From the NCBI GenBank assembly GCA_963708135.1, contig OY970192.1:2528001-2592000 (forward strand): a stretch of DNA of 64,000 nt. The letters are read 5' to 3'. The stretch comes from an uncultured Gemmatimonadales bacterium (lineage in GTDB: Bacteria > Gemmatimonadota > Gemmatimonadetes > Longimicrobiales > RSA9). The notes beneath the pieces were generated by a model. It worked only from the letters and a program-made list of their open reading frames with translations, was not told the DNA's origin and ran no database searches. This document shows, piece by piece, positions 32,202 through 41,949 of the stretch (positions are counted from its first letter, which is position 1; every line of letters starts with the position of its first letter). A program made the translations under genes and the position numbers.

Positions 32202-33406
32202 TACCGCGCCACAGTGGTCATGATGCGTAAAGGCGGTGGAGCTTGGATCGCGCATCGGAGACAGTGAAACGCCAGGTGGTGGGAGCTCGGACGGCGTTGC
32301 GGGGGGTCTCCCAGGCGAGGGTCTCGGCCCGCAGCCGGTTGACGTTGTCAAGGCGGCGGTGCAGGCACTGGCGACCGAGGATCGAGATCTCGATTTCGGC
32401 CATGTTGAGCCAGCTCCCGTGCTTGGGCGTGTAATGGAACTCGAGCTTGCGCAGGATACGGCGCGCTTCGGCGGCCTCGAAGGTCTCGTACAGGGCTGCG
32501 CCCGTGTGGCTGCTCAGGTTGTCGAGCACGACGCGGATCTTGTCGGCGTCCGCGCAATGCACGTCGACCAGTGCGCGCATCTGCTGGGCGAAGTCCGCAT
32601 TCGTGCGACGGGCGGTGACGTCCACATGCCGCCAGCCTCGCAGCGGCTCCACGAGCAGGAAGAGGTTGGCGGTCCCGCGGCGCACGTACTCGTAGTCGAC
32701 GCGTTGGCGCCGACCCGGAGCGGCCGGCACCGGCAGGCGGGTTTCCCCGATGAGCTGGTAGGGCACTTCATCGAAGCACACCACCGGGCGCCGGGGGTCG
32801 TAGGGCTCCTGGTAGAGGTCGAGCACGTCCTCCATGCGGCAGACGAAGTCCCAACTCACCGTCGGGATGCACCACGCTTCCTTCTGCCAGGGCTTCAGGT
32901 CGTTTTTTTTAGAAGCCGTCGGACCGTCTCGTCCGTGATCGCGTCCACCACACGCAACTCGATCAGCTTGTCGGCCAGGAGCTGCATGGTCCAGCGCACG
33001 CGCCCCTCCGGAGGCGCGCTGCACGCCAGCGCGACCAGGAAGGCTTCCTGCTTGCCGTCCAGCAGCCGGGCTTTGCCCGGCCGAGGCCGATCGTTGAGCG
33101 CCCGCTCCAAACCGCCCTCGACGAAGCGCAGCCGCGTGCGCTCCACCGTGCACTTCCCCAGGTGCAGCGCGGCCGCAATCGCCTTGTCGGTCACGCCCTC
33201 GTCGGCCAGCAACAGGATGCGCGCGCGGTTCACCCGGCGCACCCGCGCCTTGCCGCCCTGGAGCAGGCGCTTGAGTTCGGCCCGCTCGTCGTCCGTGAGG
33301 TCCACGATATACTTCTTGGCCATCTGCCCTCCTCGCTGGGGGTCCGACAGATGGGCCAACAATATAGCACGGAACTTTAGTCCTCACAATCATGATGGCT
33401 GAGTAC
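32201..33406 (-). mobile_element. IS630-family insertion sequence (1206 bp)
   Basis: GTAC termini with imperfect IRs; TA at 32199-32200 and 33407-33408; transposase inside. Confidence 0.92.
32218..33323 (-). CDS. IS630 transposase, two ORFs joined by a -1 frameshift
   Basis: orfA 33323-32895 (HTH; RWTMQLLA). orfB has VCFDE, VLDNL, YTPKHGSWLNMAEIE. A8 tract at 32903-32910. Confidence 0.92.
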
Positions 33407-33408
33407 TA

Positions 33409-33569
33409 GTGCACCGTATCCGGGTAGCAATGGCATTCGCCGGCGGATCGGACGCGACCCGTCGCGTTGCTCGTCGTCGAAATAGCGCCGCTATTCCTTC
33501 CTCCTCGCGCCTTGCGCTTCGCGCCCGCTCCGCCGGCTCGGTGCTCACCGAACTTCAGATACGGTCCAC
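33409..33569. mobile_element. 161-bp MITE-like palindromic element
   Basis: TIRs GTGCACCGTATC / GATACGGTCCAC (11/12); inner 19-bp IR (17/19); central hairpin; TA/CTAG flanks. Confidence 0.75.
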
Positions 33570-34654
33570 TAGCCGCCCAGCAGCTCGTCCAGCGAGCGCC
33601 GCGCCAGCCGCAGCAGCGTGGTGCGCGTCGCTTCCCGCTCGGCGAGCCCGAGCCGCTCCCGGGCGACCGCCGCCGGCCACGTCGCCCGGCCCATCGCCGC
33701 GTGGCCACCGCCCTGCCCCACTCCGCTCGCCAGCCGCTCCGCCAGTGCGCCGGCGCCGGGGCTCTCGCCGAGGTGCCGGACCGTGAGCACCAGCTCTTCC
33801 CCCACCAGTGCCGCCACCACGACCCACGATACGCCCTCCACGGACAGGCAGAAGTCAGCCAGGTCGGCCAGCATGTGCGCCTCGTCCGGGGGCAGGACCC
33901 CCGCGTACGCGGCGGCAAGACCGTTGTCCAGCGCCAGGCCGTCCAGCGCCTGGCCGTAGCGGCGCATGAGCATCAGCGAGTACATCGGCCGCTCGATCCG
34001 GTGCACCAGCGCGAGGTCCGCCCGCTGCTGCAGGAAGGCGTACGCCAGGACGTCCGGCGGGCTCACGCCGCGCGTCAGCCCGTCCGTGTCGGTCTTGATC
34101 CCGTAGAGGAGCGCCGTGGCCAGGGTCTGCCCGACGCGGCGCGGATCGACGGCGCGCAGGTACTCCGTCAGCATCGTCGAGCAGGCGCCGTAGTCCGGTC
34201 GTATGTCGCACACCTCGGCGTGGCGGATTCCGTCCATGCGCGGGTGGTGATCCACCACCGCGAGCCGGGGCAGCCGGTCCGTCTCGACGTCTCGCGGCTG
34301 CAGGTCCACCAGGAGCACTCGCTCGAAGCCGTAAAGCTCCTCCGCCCGCACCTCCGTCACCGTGAGGCGCAGCAACTCCGACATCCGCCGGTTCTCGGGC
34401 CGCCGGATCGCGCCGAGGGTCACGATCGGCACCTCGCCGGCGCGGTCGCGGAGCAGCACCTGCGCCGCGTAGGCCGCGGCCAGCGCGTCCGGATCCGGAT
34501 CCGGGTGCACCAGCACCGGCAGCACCTCCGCACCTTCCGCGAACTCCCTCAACCGATCGGCGCGCGCGCGGGCCTCGCGCTCACGCCGATCTTCGCCCCG
34601 TCTCGCGCCGACTCCCTCGGCCGCTACCGCTGCGCTCGCCCGCTCCGCGCCCAC
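33569..34654 (-). CDS. DHH family phosphoesterase (start uncertain)
   Basis: HPDPDPDAL, VDHHP, YGACST, LYGIKTDT, GGGHAAMG. Confidence 0.8.
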   Translation of the reverse strand: MGAERASAAVAAEGVGARRGEDRREREARARADRLREFAEGAEVLPVLVHPDPDPDALAAAYAAQVLLRDRAGEVPIVTLGAIRRPENRRMSELLRLTVTEVRAEELYGFERVLLVDLQPRDVETDRLPRLAVVDHHPRMDGIRHAEVCDIRPDYGACSTMLTEYLRAVDPRRVGQTLATALLYGIKTDTDGLTRGVSPPDVLAYAFLQQRADLALVHRIERPMYSLMLMRRYGQALDGLALDNGLAAAYAGVLPPDEAHMLADLADFCLSVEGVSWVVVAALVGEELVLTVRHLGESPGAGALAERLASGVGQGGGHAAMGRATWPAAVARERLGLAEREATRTTLLRLARRSLDELLGG

Positions 34655-34659
34655 CGCGA

Positions 34660-35562
34660 CTACCGCAGGATCCGCCCGAGCAGGAACCCGATGCCGGCGG
34701 CGACCAGCACCGAGCGCACCGGCTTCGAGCGCACCTCCCGCTCGACGTCTGCCCGCATCTCCTCCGGACGTCTCTCGCGAAGGTAGGCGGCCGACCCGTC
34801 CAGCGCCCCGGCGACCTGACGCGCCACCGATGCCGCCCCCGCCACCGGACCACCCCGCGCCTGGGCCCACTCCGCGGCCCGATCGACGGCGTCCGCCGCT
34901 CGGGCCAGCTCGGCGCCCGCCGTGGCGCGCGCCCGGTCAACCATCTCCAGCGCGCCACCGGCCGGCCGCGCTCGATCCATCTCGTCGTTCCCGCCGGCCG
35001 ACTCCGCCTGACCCGGCGCCCGCGTCGCGGCCACGACCCGCCCCTCCGCCGCGCGCCGCCCGGCCGCCACCGCCTCCACCATACGCGCGCGCCGCGCCGC
35101 GCCGCCCACCCCGCCAGCCACCGCCGTCCGCGCCTGCGCCGCCCAGCCGTAGTGGCGGTCCTCGTCGGCGATCGCCCGTCGGAGCACCGCCTCGACCTCC
35201 TCCGGATGCGCCCGCGCGGCCGCCTCGTGGTATCGGTCCCGCACCACGCGCTCCCCCGCCCGGAGCGCGTCCACCAGCGCCGCGTCGCCCCCCTCGGCCG
35301 CCTGCTCCACACCCCGCAGGTACGCACCCCCGGGGCGCTCCGGCGCCTCCGGTTCCCCGCCCCGAGTGCGCAGCAGCAGCAGCAGGTCGTCCGCCTGGCG
35401 GGCGTGCTCCTCGCCGAAGCGCGCCGCGGCCGTGCGCAACGCCGGCTCCGAGAGTCGTTCGGATGCCCACGCGCACGCCGCGGCCGCGTCCCGATCCAGC
35501 CGCGCGAGCGCGTTCAGCTCGCCCTTCAACTCCTCCTCCGACCAGCCGCCCTGCTCCGCCAT
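34660..35562 (-). CDS. Ferritin-like domain fused to an ElaB/YqjD (DUF883)-like tail anchor
   Basis: LNALARLD, EEH, GE...Y, DEDRH; C-terminal VRSKPVRSVLVAAGIGFLLGRILR. Confidence 0.7.
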   Translation of the reverse strand: MAEQGGWSEEELKGELNALARLDRDAAAACAWASERLSEPALRTAAARFGEEHARQADDLLLLLRTRGGEPEAPERPGGAYLRGVEQAAEGGDAALVDALRAGERVVRDRYHEAAARAHPEEVEAVLRRAIADEDRHYGWAAQARTAVAGGVGGAARRARMVEAVAAGRRAAEGRVVAATRAPGQAESAGGNDEMDRARPAGGALEMVDRARATAGAELARAADAVDRAAEWAQARGGPVAGAASVARQVAGALDGSAAYLRERRPEEMRADVEREVRSKPVRSVLVAAGIGFLLGRILR

Positions 35563-35632
35563 CCTGCGCCTCCTTCACCAGCGATTCCCGCTTCCGAACC
35601 TGCGCCGCCGCCCCACGCTCCACCCTGCCGGC

Positions 35633-35648
35633 TGCAACCTCCGTTCCC
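35633..35648 (-). promoter_or_regulatory. Sigma54-like promoter
   Basis: GGGAACGGAGGTTGCA (GG-N10-GC). Confidence 0.5.
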
Positions 35649-35735
35649 CACCCCGGCACCTCGTCGCCGTTGCGGAACCGGCTGCACGTGACTACTCATT
35701 ATTGTACTCCCCCTGCCACAGATCATCCCCCCCCG

Positions 35736-36299
35736 ATGGAGGCGGCTTTGGCCAAGCCTACCCGTAGCGAGGCGACTCGCCGACTGCGCTTCTTCCTGCG
35801 TGACTTCCGGATGGTCGAGGGCTCCGCGAGCCTCGCCGTCAGTCTCTCCCTCGGCGCCTACCTCGGCAACCGGAAGGGCTACATCAACCTGACCGACGCG
35901 CGCTGGGCGAGCGGCGACACGCCGCTCCCTCACCTCGTCCTCAAGGTCAGCCAGATCTTCTGGGCCTCCTGCCCCGGCGGCGAGGTCCCCCTCGTCAACA
36001 CCGCCGCCGCCACCGAGCCCAAGCCCGTCGAGATCCAGCTCGAGGGCGGCCTCCTCATCCACGGCGGCCTCACCCATGTCGAGCGCCAGCGCCTCGGCGA
36101 CTACCTCGAGGCCTGCGGTCCGTTCGTCGGACTCCACGACGCCGTCCTCACCCGTAGCCGTCGCGCCGCGCAGCCCGTGAACGTCGTCCTCGGCGACATC
36201 GTCGTCAACCAGACCGCCATCGAGGCCGCCTGGCAGCTCGACGAGTTCCCGCCCAGGCCCGAAAGCGACGCCGCTCGCGCATCGGCCGGCCGCACCTGA
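35736..36299 (+). CDS. Hypothetical protein with an internally duplicated domain (DUF6812-like); may start at TTG 35748
   Basis: LGAYLGNRKGYINLTDA vs RLGDYLEACGPFVGLHDA. Confidence 0.6.
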   Translation: MEAALAKPTRSEATRRLRFFLRDFRMVEGSASLAVSLSLGAYLGNRKGYINLTDARWASGDTPLPHLVLKVSQIFWASCPGGEVPLVNTAAATEPKPVEIQLEGGLLIHGGLTHVERQRLGDYLEACGPFVGLHDAVLTRSRRAAQPVNVVLGDIVVNQTAIEAAWQLDEFPPRPESDAARASAGRT

Positions 36300-36447
36300 C
36301 CGCCGCCCGCGCCACCGTCGCGGCCGCATCGGACAGAATGGCCGGCCTTCCCCTCCCTGACCCGCGGTGAGACCTGTTCCCGAGCCCTCACGTCACCCTA
36401 TGGTGCCTCGGCGGCGACGGATCCAGCGGGAGAGGGAAGCGAACGCT

Positions 36448-36687
36448 ATGGCACGACGAGCCGAGGTGGTCCGCCGCGCGGTGGCGGGAACGGTGTGCTC
36501 ACGACGAACCGTCGCCGCGGACGCGGGACTGAGCTACGATGCCGTGCGCGCCTGGTCGATCGGCCGGCGCGAGCCCACGCCGGAGAACATGCTTCGCCTT
36601 GCAGAATCCTTCGAGCGGCGCGCCGATCGGCTGCGCGCGCTCGCCGCCGAGCTCCGTGAAGCGGCCGGCAGCCGCCCGGAGTCGTGA
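36448..36687 (+). CDS. Small XRE-like HTH protein
   Basis: VAADAGLSYDAVRAWSIGRREPTPENMLRLA. Confidence 0.7.
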   Translation: MARRAEVVRRAVAGTVCSRRTVAADAGLSYDAVRAWSIGRREPTPENMLRLAESFERRADRLRALAAELREAAGSRPES

Positions 36688-36711
36688 GGTCAGGGGATGG
36701 GAGGGGAGGAA

Positions 36712-36784
36712 TGGGCCGGGTGGGGCTCGAACCCACGCGCTTCGGATTAAAAGTCCGCTGCTCTGCCAGCTGAGCTACCGGCCC
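36712..36784 (-). tRNA. tRNA-Lys(TTT), CCA not encoded
   Basis: GGGCCGGTAGCTCAGCTGGCAGAGCAGCGGACTTTTAATCCGAAGCGCGTGGGTTCGAGCCCCACCCGGCCCA. Confidence 0.96.
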
Positions 36785-36793
36785 GCTCGGGCC

Positions 36794-36823
36794 AATCTAG
36801 CCGGACTCGCCGCCTCCGATCAA
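36794..36823 (-). promoter_or_regulatory. Sigma70-like promoter of the tRNA
   Basis: TTGATC-N18-TAGATT. Confidence 0.6.
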
Positions 36824-37458
36824 CGCCCGCGCGAAAGCCGCCCGCGCAGGCGCCGCAGCCGGACCTGCTCCTCGCGCTCGCGCTCGTCGAGTGCCCTGCG
36901 CACCACCGAGACCTCGCGCTCGAGAGCCGGGGCGACGCGCCGCTCGAGCCCGTGGATCTGGCGCGACGTGCGGGCGAGGGCCTCGCCGAGCCGGCGGAGC
37001 AGGGTCTCCCTCGGAGCGGCGTCGAGCAGCAGCTCGGTGAGGCGCTCGAAGTGGTCGGCGGCGACGATGGCGCTGGGGGCCGTCGCGCCGGGCGCCGTAC
37101 CACGCCCGGCAAGTGAGCGGAGCAGCGGCGGCCGTTCGACGATCTCGGCCACCGGGGTGCCCCAGACCTGCGCCGCGCGGATGCCGAGCGTGAGGTCCCG
37201 CCCCGGCCAGCCGGTGGCCCGCAGGCCGGCGACACCCTCGACGGCGAGCGCCTCGAGGAGCGCGGGGTAGGCCTCCGCCAGCCGTTCGGCGATGGCGGCG
37301 CGGGCATCCACGGCGGGGCGAGCGAGGCGGAAGAGCTCGGTGACGAGCGCCTCGCGCTTCCGCCGGAGCAGCGAGACGCCCTTGTCCACGCGCTCGAGCC
37401 GCCGGCGCGCGCGCAGCAGGTTGGTGCGGGTGGCCGCGGGGGCACGGCCGGTGCTCAT
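36820..37458 (-). CDS. ntpD: V/A-type ATPase subunit D
   Basis: TRTNLL...GVSLLRRKREALV...LERRVAP...LDERERE. Confidence 0.9.
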   Translation of the reverse strand: MSTGRAPAATRTNLLRARRRLERVDKGVSLLRRKREALVTELFRLARPAVDARAAIAERLAEAYPALLEALAVEGVAGLRATGWPGRDLTLGIRAAQVWGTPVAEIVERPPLLRSLAGRGTAPGATAPSAIVAADHFERLTELLLDAAPRETLLRRLGEALARTSRQIHGLERRVAPALEREVSVVRRALDEREREEQVRLRRLRGRLSRGR

Positions 37459-38832
37459 CGGGCGGCCCGGGCGGCGAGGGTCGCATCGCGGATGCGGAAG
37501 AGGTCCTCGCGCGGCAGCGTCTCGAGCAGTGTCCAGCCGAGCTCGATGGTCTCGGCCAGGCTGCGCCGCCCCCCACCCTGCGCGATGAGCTCCTGCTCGA
37601 AGCGGTCGGCGAACTCGAGGGCGCGCCGGTCGGAGGCCTGGAGCCCCTCCGCTCCGACGACGGCGGCCATGAGGCGGGCCTCGCGGCCGCGGCTGTAGCT
37701 GGCGTAGAGCTGATTGGCCCACTCCCGATGCTCGGGGACGGTGCGCTCGGGACCGATCCCGGCGTTCATCAGGCGGGACAGGGAGGGCAGCACGTCGATC
37801 GGCGGGAAGACGCCGCGGCGGTGCAGCTCCCTGCCGAGCACGACCTGTCCTTCCGTGATGTAGCCGGTGAGGTCGGGCACGGGATGGGTGATGTCGTCGT
37901 CGGGCATGGTGAGGATCGGGATCTGCGTGACCGACCCGGTGCGCCCGCGCAGCACGCCCGCCCGCTCGAAGAGGCTCGCCAGGTCCGTATACATGTAGCC
38001 CGGGTAGCCGCGCCGGCCGGGGATCTCCTCGCGCGCCGTCGCGATCTCGCGCAGCGCCTCGCAGTAGTGCGCCACGTCCGCGATGACCACGAGCACGTGC
38101 ACCCCGCGCTCGAAGGCCAGGAACTCCGCCTGCGCGAGCGCCACCCGTGGCGCGAGCAGCCGTTCGATCGCGGGATCCCGCGTCTCGTTCAGATAGAGCA
38201 CCCCGTGCTCGAGGGCGCCGCTGCGCTCGAAGCGCTCCACGAACGCGCGCGTCTCCCGGGCCGTGATCCCCAGCCCCACGAAGATCACAGCGAACGGCTC
38301 GCCGCGGGGCGCGCGGGCGCCCTCGACGATCCGCGCGGCCAGCTCCAGCCCGGGCAGCCCGGGCCCGGAGAAGACCGGCAGCTTCTGCCCCCGCACGAGG
38401 GTGTTCATCCCATCGATGGCGGAGATCCCGGTCTCGATGAAATCCGACGGGCTCAGCCGGCGCGCCGGGTTCATCGGCGCGCCCGCCACCGCGCGGATCG
38501 CCTCGCCGAGCGGCGCCGGCAGCCCGTCGAACGGGAGCGCCAAATCCATTCAGCGCCCGGCCCAGCAGGTCCCTCCCGACGAGCGCCGTGGAGACCTCGC
38601 CCGTGAGCGTGATCTCGGCCCGCGCGGGCGCGAGCCCGAGCGTTTCCTCCAGCACCTGCACCACCGTGACGTCCCGGCCGGCGTCGATGACCTGGCCGCG
38701 CCGGTCCCGCTCGCCCGCCATTCGGATGTTGACCCACTCCCCGAGCGCCACGCGGCGCGTGTTCCGCAGGAACAGGAGCGGACCCGCGGCGGCGGATGCG
38801 CCGTGATACGTCCGTGGGATCCCCGGTCTCAT
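37455..38832 (-). pseudogene. ntpB: V/A-type ATPase subunit B, frameshifted at ~38530
   Basis: N-part MRPGIPRTY...GRDLLGRALNG is in one frame; DGLP...ETGISAIDGMNTLVRGQKLPVFSG...PGRRGYPGYMYTDL is in another. One extra base. Confidence 0.85.
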
Positions 38833-40607
38833 GGCCCGCCCTCCTCGTCCGGCGACGCGTCCGCCGCGCGCGCGAGCGCCCGCTCCAGCACCGCGTCGGC
38901 CGCCGCCGCCGCGCGCTCGACGTCCTCCCGCGTGGCGGCATCGCGGACGGCGCCGAGCGCCCGCCGCACCTGTGTGGTTTCCAGTGTCTCGAACGGGGCC
39001 CCCGCGGCCACGGCCCGCTGCCCGCGCCGGTGGAACTCCATCGCGAGCCGGGCCAGCTCGAACGTCTTGGCCGGCGCCGAGCTGGCGTCGTTCGGCTCGA
39101 AGGCGCTCTGAGCCAGCACCAGCTCGCGGAGCAGACGCGCGGCCTCGAGCACGAGTCGCTCGCGGTCCTGCAGCGCCTCGTTCCCCACCAGTGACGCGAT
39201 CTCGCGCAGCTCCCGCTCCTCCTGCAGCAGCGCCTGCGCCTCGCGTCGGAGCGGCTCCCATCGGGGGGAGACCTCCGTCTCGAACCATGCCGCGGTGCCC
39301 GTGCCGTAGAGGCTGTAGCTCGTCTCCCAGTCGATGGCGGGGAAGTGGCGCTCGTGCGCCAGGTCCGCGTCCAGCGCCCAGAGCGCGCCCGCGACCCGCA
39401 GCGCCGCCTGCGTTACCGGTTCGGACAGGTCGCCGCCGGGAGGAGAGATCGCCGCCACGATCGTGAGGGCGCCGACGCGCTCCGGGGCGCCGTCCGCGCG
39501 CACCTGCCCGGCCCGTTCGAAGAACCCGCCCAGCCGGTTGGAGAGCGACGTCGGATAGCCCTCCTCGCCCGGCATCTCCTGCAGCCGCGAGCCGATCTCA
39601 CGCAGCGCCTCGGCCCAGCGCGAGACGCTGTCCGCCATGAGCGCCACCCGGTACCCCATGTCCCGGTAGTACTCGGCGATCGTCGCGCCCACGTACAGCG
39701 ATGCCTCGCGCGCCGCCACCGGCATGTTCGACGTGTTCACCACCAGCACCGTGCGCTCCATGATCGAGCGCCCCGTACGCGGGTCCACCAGCGCGGGGAA
39801 CTCCGAGAGCACCTCCGCCATCTCGTTGCCGCGCTCGCCGCACCCGATGTAGACGACGACGTCGGCGTCCGCATACTTCGCCAGCGACTGCTCCACGACC
39901 GTCTTGCCCGTCCCGAACCCCCCAGGAACGGCCACGCTGCCACCCTCGGCCACGGGGAACAGGAAGTCCAGCACGCGCTGCCCGGTGATGAACGGCCGCC
40001 CCGAGGCGATTCGCGCGGCCGCCGGGCGCGGGTGCCGGACGGGCCAGGCCTGCGCCATCCCCAGCGACGTCCCGTCCGCCAGCGTGCCGACCGTTTCCGC
40101 GATCGTCCGCTCTCCCGCCCCCGCGAGCTCCGCCAGCACGCCCCGGACGCCGGGCGGCACCATGATGCGGTGCTCGATCCCCGCGCCCTCCGCCACCGTG
40201 CCGAGCACGTCGCCCGGCCCGACCCCGCTGCCCGCCTCCATGGCCGGCTCGAAGCGCCAGCGGCGGGTCGGGTCCAACGTCGCCGCCTCGACGCCGGCGC
40301 CGATGAAATCGCCGCCCAGCTCGGCCAGCCGGCCGAGCGGGCGCCCCACGCCGTCGAGTACCGATCCCAGCAACCCGGGACCGAGCGTGAGCGTAAGCGG
40401 CAGGCCCGTGCGCGCCACTGGCTCGCCCAGCCGCAGGCCGGTCGTGTCCTCGTAGACCTGGAGCGTCCCCGTCGCGCCAGCGACGCGCACCACTTCGCCG
40501 AGCAGCCCGAGATCCCCCACGCGCGCGAGCTCGTAGAGCGCCGCCTCCCTCATCGGCGCCGCCTCCACCAGCGCCCCCACGATGCGGGTGATCCTCGCCT
40601 CGCTCAA
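38829..40607 (-). CDS. ntpA: V/A-type ATPase subunit A
   Basis: PGGFGTGKT, GCGERGNE, NTSNMPVAARE, EMPGEEGYP. TTG start. Confidence 0.95.
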   Translation of the reverse strand: MSEARITRIVGALVEAAPMREAALYELARVGDLGLLGEVVRVAGATGTLQVYEDTTGLRLGEPVARTGLPLTLTLGPGLLGSVLDGVGRPLGRLAELGGDFIGAGVEAATLDPTRRWRFEPAMEAGSGVGPGDVLGTVAEGAGIEHRIMVPPGVRGVLAELAGAGERTIAETVGTLADGTSLGMAQAWPVRHPRPAAARIASGRPFITGQRVLDFLFPVAEGGSVAVPGGFGTGKTVVEQSLAKYADADVVVYIGCGERGNEMAEVLSEFPALVDPRTGRSIMERTVLVVNTSNMPVAAREASLYVGATIAEYYRDMGYRVALMADSVSRWAEALREIGSRLQEMPGEEGYPTSLSNRLGGFFERAGQVRADGAPERVGALTIVAAISPPGGDLSEPVTQAALRVAGALWALDADLAHERHFPAIDWETSYSLYGTGTAAWFETEVSPRWEPLRREAQALLQEERELREIASLVGNEALQDRERLVLEAARLLRELVLAQSAFEPNDASSAPAKTFELARLAMEFHRRGQRAVAAGAPFETLETTQVRRALGAVRDAATREDVERAAAAADAVLERALARAADASPDEEGGP

Positions 40608-40936
40608 CGCAGCCTCACCTGATAGCCGATCGCCTGCCGCAGGATCTCCACGATCTGCGCCTCCGGTCCCGTGACGTCCGCACCCCACGCGGGGCCCGGG
40701 AACGGTACCACCATCGGCAGCGTGCGGCGCCCGAGCTCGCGCCGCTCCTCCGGCGCGAGCGCATCGTAGATCGAGTCCTGCACGAGCAGCACGCCCATCC
40801 CCGGCGCCGCCATCAACCGGCGCAGCGCCGCGGAGCCTTCCTCCACATCCGCCGCCTCGAGGGCCGGGACACCCGCCAGCGCGAAGCCGGCCCCGATCTC
40901 GGGGGCGCATACGGCCCGCACGCTCCAGTCGCTCAT
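40604..40936 (-). CDS. ntpF: V/A-type ATPase subunit F
   Basis: GFALAG...LRQAIGY; operon position. Confidence 0.85.
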   Translation of the reverse strand: MSDWSVRAVCAPEIGAGFALAGVPALEAADVEEGSAALRRLMAAPGMGVLLVQDSIYDALAPEERRELGRRTLPMVVPFPGPAWGADVTGPEAQIVEILRQAIGYQVRLR

Positions 40937-41949
40937 GCGCTCGCCAGCCGTTCCGCGAGGGCGCTGGCCGGCGCTCCGAGCGCCCCGCCCCAGATGAGGC
41001 GCCTCACGTCGAGAACGTGGGCGCGAAGCCGCAGCCCGAACAGCAGCACCGTCCACGGGCCGAGCGGATCCACGCGCGCCTGCGTCCGGAGCTCCTTGAT
41101 CCGCGCCGCCAGCAACGCCACCTCGAGCCCGGCGGGGTCGAGCGCGTGGCGCAGCAGCGCCGCGGCGACCGCCCCGCCCAGTTTCGCGGCCAGCCGCCGC
41201 GCCGCCCACCGCGGCCCTTCCGCGACCCCGGCCGACAGCGCCACCGAGAACGACGCCACGTCCAGCAGGGCGCCGCCCTCCAGGAAGAGTCCTTCGGACT
41301 CGGGCTCCTCCCGGCGCGCGGCCAGCGTGAGCGCGGCGGCGGCGTTCTCCACGTCGATCATCCGGGCCACGTGCCGCCGCAGACCGCGGCCGCCGCGCCG
41401 CGCGCCCGCGCGAAGCCCCGCCGCCCAGGTCCGGTTCACCTCCAGCTCCAGGGCGAAGAGATCCGGCCGCGCGCCGGCCGCCAGCGGCAACAGCGCACGC
41501 CCGTACTGGCTGCCCCACACCGAGAGGAGCGCGGCCACAGCCGCGGCATCCGCCTGTCGGGCCAGCTCCTCCAGTGCCCGAACCGGCAGGCGCGGCGTCG
41601 GCACGAGCCCGGCCAGACGCGACTCCGCCGCGCTTCCCGCCGTCGCCCCGCGCACCAGCGCTCGCACGCTGCGCCGGTCCTCCTCCTCGAACAGCACCGA
41701 CGCCGCGCCGGGAACCTCCGGCGACCACCGCGCCAGGGTGGCCAGGGCGTCTCCCGCCCGGCGGCGCACGGCAAGCTCGAGGGCGTCCCTGCGCGTCTCC
41801 TCCGCCGCGACCGGGACGCCCATCCCCGCCAGCGCCGCGGCCAGCGCCGTTGGCTCGCGGATGTCCGCCAGCGCCGCGAGGCGGGCGTGCGATGGCAGCC
41901 GCGCGCCGAGGCCTCGCGCTCGTGCATTCAGCGCCCCCCAATCACTCAC
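40933..41949 (-). CDS. ntpC: V/A-type ATPase subunit C (d)
   Basis: LNARARG, IDVEN; size and operon position. Confidence 0.8.
   Translation of the reverse strand: MSDWGALNARARGLGARLPSHARLAALADIREPTALAAALAGMGVPVAAEETRRDALELAVRRRAGDALATLARWSPEVPGAASVLFEEEDRRSVRALVRGATAGSAAESRLAGLVPTPRLPVRALEELARQADAAAVAALLSVWGSQYGRALLPLAAGARPDLFALELEVNRTWAAGLRAGARRGGRGLRRHVARMIDVENAAAALTLAARREEPESEGLFLEGGALLDVASFSVALSAGVAEGPRWAARRLAAKLGGAVAAALLRHALDPAGLEVALLAARIKELRTQARVDPLGPWTVLLFGLRLRAHVLDVRRLIWGGALGAPASALAERLASA

Noticed and set aside
36300..36784. Prophage or integrative element at tRNA-Lys
   Set aside because: No integrase, phage genes or duplicated tRNA 3' end seen in the window.
36820..39288. 822-aa ORF joining the B N-terminus to subunit D
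   Set aside because: A by-product of the B frameshift plus the ATGA overlap; the middle part is low-complexity off-frame sequence.
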